Assembly: GCA_049967855.1 (NCBI GenBank)
Contig: JBMFRX010000007.1
Span: forward strand, 1 to 62,054
Length of the DNA stretch: 62,054 nt
Origin: Caldisericaceae bacterium
GTDB lineage: Bacteria; Caldisericota; Caldisericia; Caldisericales; Caldisericaceae
Direction of reading: 5' to 3'
The notes beneath the pieces were generated by a model that was not told the DNA's origin, ran no database searches, and saw only the letters and a program-made list of their open reading frames with translations. Positions within the stretch are counted from its first letter, which is position 1. Every line of letters starts with the position of its first letter. Positions 18,317-26,676 of the stretch are shown here, piece by piece. The position numbers and the translations under genes are program-made.

Positions 18317-19006
18317 TTACCTTATATCCACTGAAGCCACGTATCCCTGCAAAATAGCTTTGAATTGCAGCAATTCGTCATCAGAAAAAACTTCTCCTTC
18401 AAAATTTGGCGATAGCATCTTATCGAAATGAGGTTTCTGCATAAAATAGGCTTTGGCCCCTTTTATCAGTTCCCCAATATTCTTCATAGAATCACTGCCT
18501 TTAATTATCCCTTTTATCATTGTCGTTCTGAATTCGTAGTCAATCTGAGAATTAATAATTAGAGAGATACTCTTAAGGATAGTTTCCTTATCAAATTGCA
18601 CACCTATTGCCGAATCATATTCATCAAGTGGGGCTTTTACGTCCATTGCAACATAATCCAAAAGGTTGTTCTCTATTAATTCTTTTAGTATTTCTGGGTT
18701 AGAACCGTTTGTATCAAGTTTTATAAGGAAACCAAGCTCTCTTACTGATTCAATTGATTTGCGCAGGTCAGGTTGAAGAGTAGGTTCTCCTCCTGTGAAC
18801 TCTACTGCATCAAGAAGTCCAACTCGCTTTTTGAGAAAGGTCATAACCTCTTCAAAAGGGATTGGGGCACCGAATTGTAAAGGGTCTACAAGCTCGGGGT
18901 TGTGGCAAAAGGGGCATCTAAAATTGCAGCCCTGGGTAAATATTATTGCGGAGGTTTTGTTGGGATAATCAATGAGAGAAAATTTCTGAAAGCCTCCTAC
19001 AAGCAT
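18317..19006 (-). CDS. nrdG: Anaerobic ribonucleotide reductase activating radical-SAM enzyme (NrdG2 type)
   Basis: GGFQKFSLIDYP, CNFRCPFCHNP, TGGEPTL, KLDTNG, YVAMDVK, YEFRTT. Confidence 0.88.
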   Translation of the reverse strand: MLVGGFQKFSLIDYPNKTSAIIFTQGCNFRCPFCHNPELVDPLQFGAPIPFEEVMTFLKKRVGLLDAVEFTGGEPTLQPDLRKSIESVRELGFLIKLDTNGSNPEILKELIENNLLDYVAMDVKAPLDEYDSAIGVQFDKETILKSISLIINSQIDYEFRTTMIKGIIKGSDSMKNIGELIKGAKAYFMQKPHFDKMLSPNFEGEVFSDDELLQFKAILQGYVASVDIR

Positions 19007-19045
19007 CCTAAAACACCTCTAAGAGAAGAAGAATTACTTCTCAAA

Positions 19046-22000
19046 TCACCCCTCTCCCAATAATACTTCGTTGAATATTTGTATGACAGGTTTATTTGCA
19101 AAAACCGATTCTATTTCTTCACGTGGTATGGAGAGGAATGCGTCCACAATCTTTGGGTCAAACTGAAGCCCCTTTTGTTTTAAAAGTTCTTTAACCGCTT
19201 CGTCAAACGAAAAAGCTTTTCTATATGGGCGGGCTGTTGTCATAGCATCAAATGCATCAGCAACAGAAAGAATTCTTGAAAGGAAAGGTATCTCTTCTCC
19301 CGATAACTGAGAGGGATATCCCTTGCCATCGTAGCGCTCATGGTGATGCAGCAAGACCTGAGAAGACTCTTTCAGAAAACTGACTGTTCCAACAATCCTT
19401 TCGCCCAGTTCAGGGTGCATCTTTACAATATTGTATTCCTCATCTGTGAGCTTACCTGGTTTCTGGAGTATAGCATCGGGGATGCCTATCTTGCCCACAT
19501 CATGCAGGATTGCCGCATAGAGTAGAGTCCTCATTTCCTTAAATGGAAGGTTGAGCTTTCTAGCAATAAGATAAGAATAGACCGTCACTCCCTCTGAGTG
19601 CTCACTGGTATATGGGTCTTTTGACTCGATTGCCTGAGAAAGTGAGACAAGTGTTTCAACATAACCTTGTTGCATCTCTCTCAAGAGCTCACGGTTTTCA
19701 ACAAGTGGAATTATATCTTTAGTAATTTCTATAAGAACCTTTTCTTCTTCGGTATCAAGCTTGCCGCCACCGAAGAGATAAACTGCATAATCTTTACTCG
19801 AAACTGGAACTATCAAAGCCTGTTCATAATCCGTGACTCCTTTAAGCAGTTTGCAGGTTCTGGCTTGCCCTTTGCTAAAAACAGCTGGTTTATCAAAGTC
19901 ACACAATTCAACTTCTTCTACGTACTCAGAAGAGGAGGACTTTGCACTTGCTTTGATAACAAAACGTTTCCCCAAAAGCTCCAAGGAAAACAAAACGCCT
20001 CTTAGCTCAATATGTAAAGGCTTCTGAACGGCGCCAAAAATGTTGCTCACTGCCTTTTCAAGTGTGCCAGGCTCTGCAAGCAACGATACCGACTGAACAA
20101 CAATTTTGCTTGCAACGTCAGTGCTTCTTTTTTCTATGAGAAGCATCTGGCTCCTCAAGAACAAGGCGCTGGTGTTTGAAATAGCTCTTGCTATCTTCAG
20201 GTCATTTTCGTCAAAAGCATCGACGTCTTTGAGAGAGTCAAGGAATACTCCCCCGAGATATTCATCATTTATAAAAATAGGAGAATTAATCGTCGCCTTA
20301 ATTTCGGCAACACCTCCAAGCTTGGCAATCTTCCTTTCATCCTCCGTTGCAAAATCCTTTACTCCAATACTCCTTACAATACAGGCATCCCCACCCTTAA
20401 GAGTCTTGAGTTCTTGTTCAAGAGGAATCTCCAGCTTTTGCATAACCTCATCAGAGTAGCCTTCCCAGCAGATTGGCTTAAGAACACTTCCCTCTGCAAG
20501 ATAAACGCTTCCTTTTTGTGCATGAGGAATCAAAATTAGAGACAAACTTAACAGCTTATTGAAAAACACTTTTCTATCTAATACTGGAGAAATCTCAGAT
20601 TGGAACTCTATGAGCTTTTCTAATCTAAGAGAAAGATTCAATATATCATTAGCCGCCGATTGGAGCTCTTCAATAATCTCTTTCTCGGAAACAAAAAATG
20701 ACGCCGTTCTCATTACAATCTTAGCAAGCAAAATGTCTTCGTTAGTAAAAGCATTGGAATTTTCAAAATTATCAAAGAAAATTGCCCCTTCGTATCGATT
20801 CCCTATGTAGATTGGGGCAACGAGAGTCTGTCTGATACCACTGATACCAAGTTGATTAATCAGTTCGCGTGGTGCATCTTCAAAAACATCTTTTCCAATA
20901 TCTTCTACAATGTAAATCTTGTTTTCGCTCCACCTGTGTTCCTCTGAAGATAGGTCTATCTTCAGCTGCTTCAAGGCTTCAAGGTCATACCCAAAAGAGG
21001 CAACAGGGGAAACTATGCCATTATGATTAAGCCAGGCAGAAGCCTTTTCAACCTGCGGCATTATTTTGACAGCTGTGCTGATGAGACCTTCAAAAAAACT
21101 TTCCTTTGAAGCATCTACTGATGTTGTGAAGATGAATTGGCTGAGTTCGGTTATCTTCCTTTCTGTGGAAATGACTTTCGAGTGCTCTTCCGATTCACGC
21201 GCAACTGCAGACTGCACTGAAGCAACAAGTTCATAATCCTCTCTTCTTAGAGATTCCACTGCAATGTAAAGCACAACAAGAAGCAAGAAAATTAATAATG
21301 CAGCAAAACTCCACTGATTCGTAGTATAGATATTGGTATCTGCCAGGAACGCCGTCTTACTTTGCAAAAGCAGTATTTCAAATTTCTTCTCATGATTTGT
21401 GTAGTCCAAAGATTGGCTAAAGTAATTTTTCTCGCCAAATTGCTTGATTATATCAGACAAAGGCTTGAGAATAAAAGAGTTGTCAACATTTGTCGAAAGC
21501 ACGATGCCATCTTCTGCAATTATGAAATCGTAGTTACCATATATATTGAGATTAAGAAAGCTTCTTATGTTACGTGCATCGATGAGCCCTACAACCGTAC
21601 CAAGAAATTCCTTTCCTTGAAATGCAGGGATATGAATAATAAGAGCAGGAAACCCCTGGACAGACATTATGGGATCGGACAAAGTAATCTGTTTTGTGGA
21701 AAGAACTCGCTTAACATGAGGCTGAGAAGATATATCAGAGCCAATTGCTGTTACAAACGGATAAGTATAAACAGTAATGCCTTTAGTGTTCATAAGAGTT
21801 ATTGAAGAGAAAATAGACTTGTGGGCATTGTAGAAAGAAATAACCTGTTCGTGAGCTTTGGCACTATCTGGCTGTTCCATAACTCCAAGTTCTGCAAGGA
21901 AATTGAGGTGAGCAAATGAATCATTTAGGAGTGAATCAAACTGGGAATGCAGGTTATTCAGTTGTGTTGAAAGCTCAACTTTAGCTGAATCCTCGCTCGA

Positions 22001-22771
22001 AGAGGCATATAAATTGATACGTGTAAAAGCGGAAAACATAATCATCACAATGGCAAGACTCGTCACAAAAACAATCATCGAGCTTCTCCACATTGTACGC
22101 ATTCTTGCCGTCTTTACTTCAGTTGGTATTTCGGAATGTTGGGCACTCCTTCCAAAAAGAACGGCAAGATACACTACCAACAATGAGCCGATAACTCTGA
22201 GCAACAATGAAACCCAAATAGTAGGGAAAAGAGGCAAAAGCTTGTAATAATACAAAACCTTAAGCAGAATATCTGCACTAATTGAAACCTGAGAAAGCAC
22301 CACAGCAGCAACTGAGAAAAAATCTTTCCTTTTGGAAGAGAAGTAAAAGAGAGAGCCCACATTCATTATGACTGCACCAATAAGCCCATAGGAAATAAGG
22401 TCTACTGCTTGATAGAGGTCCCTTGTGAAAATCGCCAATGCAATTAAAAGGGCAATACCTGCTACAAGGTATTTTGAAAGATTAAGGGCTTTTGAAGGAA
22501 TAAGGGAACGGGCGCTAAACGCAAAAGCAAACCCCACTAATACAAGGTATGGAAAGTTGCCAGAAAGAAAACTTTGCGCCGTAAGACCGTACTTTAAAAT
22601 GAAAAGCATTTTTGTTGTAGCAATGATTGCAATAAAAGGCAACGAAAGAAGGGAAACGTAAAACAAATCAATATATTTGCCTTTGCGCAGGTAAGCCTGA
22701 TACGAGGCAATCAACGCCGCTAAAAAAGCAGGCAGATACAACAGGTACTCTAACACGATTACCATGTTCAT
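19046..22771 (-). CDS. Membrane-bound HD-GYP c-di-GMP phosphodiesterase with multi-TM, Cache and tandem GAF domains
   Basis: KDPYTSEHS, LHDVGKIG, HHERYDGKGYP, ADAFDAMT..RPYRK; two similar GAF-like repeats; Cache-like region between TM helices. Confidence 0.9.
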   Translation of the reverse strand: MNMVIVLEYLLYLPAFLAALIASYQAYLRKGKYIDLFYVSLLSLPFIAIIATTKMLFILKYGLTAQSFLSGNFPYLVLVGFAFAFSARSLIPSKALNLSKYLVAGIALLIALAIFTRDLYQAVDLISYGLIGAVIMNVGSLFYFSSKRKDFFSVAAVVLSQVSISADILLKVLYYYKLLPLFPTIWVSLLLRVIGSLLVVYLAVLFGRSAQHSEIPTEVKTARMRTMWRSSMIVFVTSLAIVMIMFSAFTRINLYASSSEDSAKVELSTQLNNLHSQFDSLLNDSFAHLNFLAELGVMEQPDSAKAHEQVISFYNAHKSIFSSITLMNTKGITVYTYPFVTAIGSDISSQPHVKRVLSTKQITLSDPIMSVQGFPALIIHIPAFQGKEFLGTVVGLIDARNIRSFLNLNIYGNYDFIIAEDGIVLSTNVDNSFILKPLSDIIKQFGEKNYFSQSLDYTNHEKKFEILLLQSKTAFLADTNIYTTNQWSFAALLIFLLLVVLYIAVESLRREDYELVASVQSAVARESEEHSKVISTERKITELSQFIFTTSVDASKESFFEGLISTAVKIMPQVEKASAWLNHNGIVSPVASFGYDLEALKQLKIDLSSEEHRWSENKIYIVEDIGKDVFEDAPRELINQLGISGIRQTLVAPIYIGNRYEGAIFFDNFENSNAFTNEDILLAKIVMRTASFFVSEKEIIEELQSAANDILNLSLRLEKLIEFQSEISPVLDRKVFFNKLLSLSLILIPHAQKGSVYLAEGSVLKPICWEGYSDEVMQKLEIPLEQELKTLKGGDACIVRSIGVKDFATEDERKIAKLGGVAEIKATINSPIFINDEYLGGVFLDSLKDVDAFDENDLKIARAISNTSALFLRSQMLLIEKRSTDVASKIVVQSVSLLAEPGTLEKAVSNIFGAVQKPLHIELRGVLFSLELLGKRFVIKASAKSSSSEYVEEVELCDFDKPAVFSKGQARTCKLLKGVTDYEQALIVPVSSKDYAVYLFGGGKLDTEEEKVLIEITKDIIPLVENRELLREMQQGYVETLVSLSQAIESKDPYTSEHSEGVTVYSYLIARKLNLPFKEMRTLLYAAILHDVGKIGIPDAILQKPGKLTDEEYNIVKMHPELGERIVGTVSFLKESSQVLLHHHERYDGKGYPSQLSGEEIPFLSRILSVADAFDAMTTARPYRKAFSFDEAVKELLKQKGLQFDPKIVDAFLSIPREEIESVFANKPVIQIFNEVLLGEG

Positions 22772-22973
22772 CTCTTTAATTATATGTAATACTTTTTATT
22801 CTCCAAATCATCCCAACTTTTCTACCTTGAGAACAGGCAATCCAATCCGTTGCAAAATAGCAGCCAATGTAATAGATAGAGAGTTTTGTAGCCCTATGCT
22901 GCAAGGACAATAATAGCAAGAAAAGACTGTGCAAAAAAGTGCAAATATATTAAAATATGCTAAGAGGTGAAAA

Positions 22974-23546
22974 ATGGACAAAAAGGAATTTATTATGCCA
23001 AGTGGACAGGTACCTGCTGCAAAGCTTTACCCAATTTCTGTTTTCGGACTTCCAAAAGGGATTGACACGCAAAGCTACACTGTTAAGATAACAGGTTTAG
23101 TTGATAAAGCGCGCGAGTTCACTTATAAGGAAATTAAAAATCTGCCGAAGTCAACAGTTCAATTTGATGTTCACTGCGTTGATGGTTGGAGTTACCTCGG
23201 TGCAACTTTCACAGGGGTTTATCCGAAAGAGCTTTTCAAAAGCCTGAAAATCTCTGACAGAGGAAAATTCGTAATCGTAAAAAGCATAGAGGGCTATACG
23301 ACTGATGTTCCGCTGGACTTCTTGCTAAGTGAGAACGCCTTGCTTGCCTACGAAATCGACGGAAAAGATCTTCAACTTGCAAACGGCTTTCCATTGAGAC
23401 TTGTCGTTAATGGTAAATATGCATACAAAGATGCAAAATGGGTTGTTGAGCTTGAAGTGGTTGAAAACGACAAACCTGGTTACTGGGAAGAACGAGGTTA
23501 CAGCCGCTCAGCAGACGTATACAAAGAAGAGAGAAGAGATTACTAA
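22974..23546 (+). CDS. Molybdopterin-dependent oxidoreductase (sulfite-oxidase family, cytoplasmic)
   Basis: DVHCVDGWS, GFPLRLVV.GKYAYK.AKWV, GYWEERGY. Confidence 0.88.
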   Translation: MDKKEFIMPSGQVPAAKLYPISVFGLPKGIDTQSYTVKITGLVDKAREFTYKEIKNLPKSTVQFDVHCVDGWSYLGATFTGVYPKELFKSLKISDRGKFVIVKSIEGYTTDVPLDFLLSENALLAYEIDGKDLQLANGFPLRLVVNGKYAYKDAKWVVELEVVENDKPGYWEERGYSRSADVYKEERRDY

Positions 23547-23570
23547 ACAGAGGACCTTGAGGATAAATTA

Positions 23571-23592
23571 GAGGAGAATAGTCATTCTCCTC
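23571..23592. terminator. Hairpin after the oxidoreductase gene (possible terminator)
   Basis: Perfect 9-bp stem GAGGAGAAT-AGTC-ATTCTCCTC; no clear poly-T. Confidence 0.4.
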
Positions 23593-23674
23593 GTAAAATA
23601 TTTTAGAAATCTCAAGCTCAGAGGTACCTCATAAGCCAAACATTTCAGAAAGAATCATAATTAAGAAAGTAGGC

Positions 23675-23702
23675 TTGACTTTTTTACTGAATAAATTATA
23701 AT
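23675..23702 (+). promoter_or_regulatory. Putative sigma70 promoter of the PadR gene
   Basis: TTGACT-N16-TATAAT. An 11-bp direct repeat AATAAATTATA (23690-23700 and 23709-23719) overlaps or flanks the -10. Confidence 0.6.
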
Positions 23703-23735
23703 ATCTGTAATAAATTATATAAGAAGGAGTAATTT

Positions 23736-24146
23736 ATGGAAGAGGAAAAAAATATATTTGGATTTTGCAACCAAAAAAGAAATTTCTTTGTGGCAACATT
23801 CTTTGGAGCAAGAGAGTTCATAACTTTTTACATTTTGCATCTTCTTACTGAAAAGAAGATGTACGGAGAAGAAATATCCAACAGAATCAGAGACCTTCTG
23901 AGCAATCTGTGGGACCCGAACCCTGGTTTCATTTATCCTGTTCTCAAGAAACTCGAAAGGTATGGTCTTATAAAAGGTGTGTGGGTACACGAAGAGAGTC
24001 ATCCCCGTTATGTGTATCAAATAACAGACAAAGGGAAGGAAAAGTACGATTCTTTGTACTCTAATTTCGGGTCAAAGCTAGACGAATTTGTTAAAGTCAT
24101 TAATAACGTTAAGGAAGAGATTTTTGAAAAGCCAGATAAAGAATAG
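23736..24146 (+). CDS. PadR-family transcriptional regulator
   Basis: IL.LL....MYG.EI, PG.IYP.LKKLE..GLI, Y.ITDKG. Confidence 0.9.
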   Translation: MEEEKNIFGFCNQKRNFFVATFFGAREFITFYILHLLTEKKMYGEEISNRIRDLLSNLWDPNPGFIYPVLKKLERYGLIKGVWVHEESHPRYVYQITDKGKEKYDSLYSNFGSKLDEFVKVINNVKEEIFEKPDKE

Positions 24147-24152
24147 TATAAT
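24124..24152 (+). promoter_or_regulatory. Putative sigma70 promoter of parAB
   Basis: TTGAAA-N17-TATAAT. Confidence 0.55.
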
Positions 24153-24292
24153 CTTAAGATTTAAACGTTTGTAAAAATGTTTTCCCAAAACAATTGACAT
24201 TATCATAATTTCTCCTTTATTTACTTTTCTGTCCGTTTTTGCTAAACTATATGAGAACAACAAATGTCGGTCAAAGTAAAGGAGAAAGAAAA

Positions 24293-25054
24293 ATGATAAT
24301 AACAATTGCAAACCAGAAAGGCGGGGTAGGAAAGACAACATCAACAGTTAATATAGCCGCAGGCCTGGCAATGAAAGGCTATAGAACACTTTTAATCGAC
24401 ACCGACCCACAGTGCAACTCCACTTCCCTATTTTTCAACCCAAAAGAAACTGAACAATCACTTTTTCTAGCATTCTCTAATAATGACATCGACACGCAAG
24501 AACTTATAAAGAAAACTGATGTTGAAAGGCTTTATGCAATACCTGCAAACATTCACCTTGCAAAGGTTGAGAGGATGCTTGCAGGTGAAATCGATGCCCC
24601 AATAAAATTAAAGAAGGCCCTAAAAGAAACTAGCAAAAATTTCGATTTTATTATGATTGATTCTCCGCCATCACTCGGTCTCCTGACAGTGAATGCTCTT
24701 GTTGCTTCCGATTACGTAATAATACCAATTGCCCCATCGCCCTGGGCTCTTGTTGGCGTGGAAGATTTCCTTGACACGTTTAAGGGAGTAAAAGAAACAT
24801 TCAATGAGAATTTGAAAATACTCGGGGTGCTTATTACTCTTTTTGATTCACGAACGACTCTTGCAAAAGACGCTGCTTCAAAAATCAGAGAAATGTTCGG
24901 TGAGCTTGTTTTTGAAGAAGTAATCCACCGAAACATTCGTCTTGAGGAGAGTCCTGCGTTCAAGGAAAATATCTTCACCTTTGCTCCAGACTCAAAAGGA
25001 GCCTTTTCCTACAATAGAATTACAGAGGAGGTAATACGACGTGTTAGACAATAA
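24293..25054 (+). CDS. parA: ParA/Soj family ATPase
   Basis: IANQKGGVGKTT, ID.DPQ.N, IDSPPSLG.LT.NAL. Start moved to ATG 24293 after AAGGAG. Confidence 0.93.
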   Translation: MIITIANQKGGVGKTTSTVNIAAGLAMKGYRTLLIDTDPQCNSTSLFFNPKETEQSLFLAFSNNDIDTQELIKKTDVERLYAIPANIHLAKVERMLAGEIDAPIKLKKALKETSKNFDFIMIDSPPSLGLLTVNALVASDYVIIPIAPSPWALVGVEDFLDTFKGVKETFNENLKILGVLITLFDSRTTLAKDAASKIREMFGELVFEEVIHRNIRLEESPAFKENIFTFAPDSKGAFSYNRITEEVIRRVRQ

Positions 25055-25979
25055 TCCAAAGGAAATTAAAAAGGGCTTGCCTGATACCTTCCAAACTCGG
25101 TACGATAGAAATTACATAGAGGAATTAACACTAGAAAAGATTGTGAACAAAGTTATGGATATCTCACTTGATAAGATAATGCCAGACCCAGGCCAGCCGA
25201 GAAAATCCTTCGAAGAAGACTCTCTTAATGAACTGGCGAGCAGTATCAAACAAAAAGGCGTCCTTGAACCTATCCTTGTTAGAAAATCCAACGAAAACTT
25301 CATTATCATCGCGGGAGAGAGAAGATGGAGAGCATCTAAAATTGCCGGCAAACTCAGCATACCAGCAATAGTTGTAGAGCCAAAAGATTCAAAAGACATA
25401 AAAGAAATTCAGATAATCGAAAACCTTCAGCGGGAAGATATTTCAGTCATAGAAAGAGCAAGAGTGATTCAAGACTATTTAAAACCCTACGCAAGAGACA
25501 AACATCTGAAGACCTTGCTGATTAATATGCGAATGGGGAGGGATGTGCCAGAGGAGTTTGCGCACACAGTGAGCGCACTCTGCCAAACAATCGGTAAAAC
25601 GCCTGGTACAATAATACGTTGGTTATCTTTACTAGACCTCCCTGAAGATATTCAAAACAAAATTGACAACCCTTCTTCTCCCATCACTTCAAGACACGTA
25701 GAGTCGCTTCTAAAACTCAAAGACATAGCTCTCATGAAAGGCGTAATAGAATTAATAGAGCGCGAGAACCTTTCCTCAAACGATACAGTGAAGCTTGTCA
25801 GGCACATTACGAAAAAACGCTCAGCTGATCCACTGAAAAGCGCTATAAGGAACATAGAGGCAATAGCAAAGAGGATAACTTTCGTTGAGAGGCCAAATGA
25901 ACTGAAAAAAATAAAGGAAGAGCTCCTCATAGTCAGGGATCTGACACAGGAGCTCCTGGAGAAACTACCAAAAGATTAG
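25041..25979 (+). CDS. parB: ParB/Spo0J family protein with an atypical DNA-binding region
   Basis: P.QPRK.F, ELA.SIK..GVL.PILVR, IIAGERRWRA, IENLQRED; GTG start after GAGGAGG. Confidence 0.88.
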   Translation: MLDNNPKEIKKGLPDTFQTRYDRNYIEELTLEKIVNKVMDISLDKIMPDPGQPRKSFEEDSLNELASSIKQKGVLEPILVRKSNENFIIIAGERRWRASKIAGKLSIPAIVVEPKDSKDIKEIQIIENLQREDISVIERARVIQDYLKPYARDKHLKTLLINMRMGRDVPEEFAHTVSALCQTIGKTPGTIIRWLSLLDLPEDIQNKIDNPSSPITSRHVESLLKLKDIALMKGVIELIERENLSSNDTVKLVRHITKKRSADPLKSAIRNIEAIAKRITFVERPNELKKIKEELLIVRDLTQELLEKLPKD

Positions 25980-26434
25980 TGCTCTCTTAAAAAATCAAGT
26001 ACCTCTTCAATCGGGGGGACTTCTCTAACAGGATACACTTTGACGAATATAACTTTACCTTTTCCGTCGACTATAATGTTTGCTCGCTCTGAAAAACCAA
26101 ATTTCTCCATAAAAACATCCAGAAGCGAGGCAAGTGCTCCGTGAGGCCAGAAGTCAGATAACATCCTCAAATTTCGTATGCCAAGCGAGTCTCCCCATGC
26201 TTTTTTGGATGGCACGGTGTCTACGCTTATGCCAACAGGTACAGTGTTTAACTGCACAAAGGTTTCAAAGTTCTCCTCAAGTGATTGCATCTGCTTGGCA
26301 CACACACCTGTCCATGCAAGCGGATGAAAAGAGAGGAGCACTCTTTTGCCCCTAAACCTGGATAATGTAAATTCTTCATCGTTTTGGTCTTTCAAAGTAA
26401 AATCTTGAACATTTTCTCCTACCCTAATAGCCAT
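25976..26434 (-). CDS. Peroxiredoxin (AhpE-like redoxin)
   Basis: DFTLKDQN, FHPLAWTGVC (PxxxTxxC), LSDFWPHG, SERA. Start ATG 26434 after GGAGGTG. Confidence 0.9.
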   Translation of the reverse strand: MAIRVGENVQDFTLKDQNDEEFTLSRFRGKRVLLSFHPLAWTGVCAKQMQSLEENFETFVQLNTVPVGISVDTVPSKKAWGDSLGIRNLRMLSDFWPHGALASLLDVFMEKFGFSERANIIVDGKGKVIFVKVYPVREVPPIEEVLDFLREH

Positions 26435-26676
26435 ATTCACCTCCATACTGTATTATAAATGACAATGATATTTCTACAAACTAAATAGTGCAAACGCTTA
26501 CTAATTTTCGCCTCCAGTCTCTCAGGGCTAATCCGAAGAAAGGGGGTTATTGATTCCTTTCCCACAAAGGCAAAGGCGACCCTTGGGGTTAAAGTCCTCC
26601 AGGATAAGAGGGGAAGGTTTTATTCAGAGCAAAGCCTAATGATTGGTTGGGGCACTTAATTTTATGCCAACAAAAA

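Noticed and set aside
26510..26660. Match to glycine, c-di-AMP (ydaO), c-di-GMP-I/II or lysine riboswitches
   Set aside because: Only isolated words match (CTCTCAGG, TTGGGGTTAA, GGCAAA, GGGCACTT). The order and the remaining conserved cores are missing.
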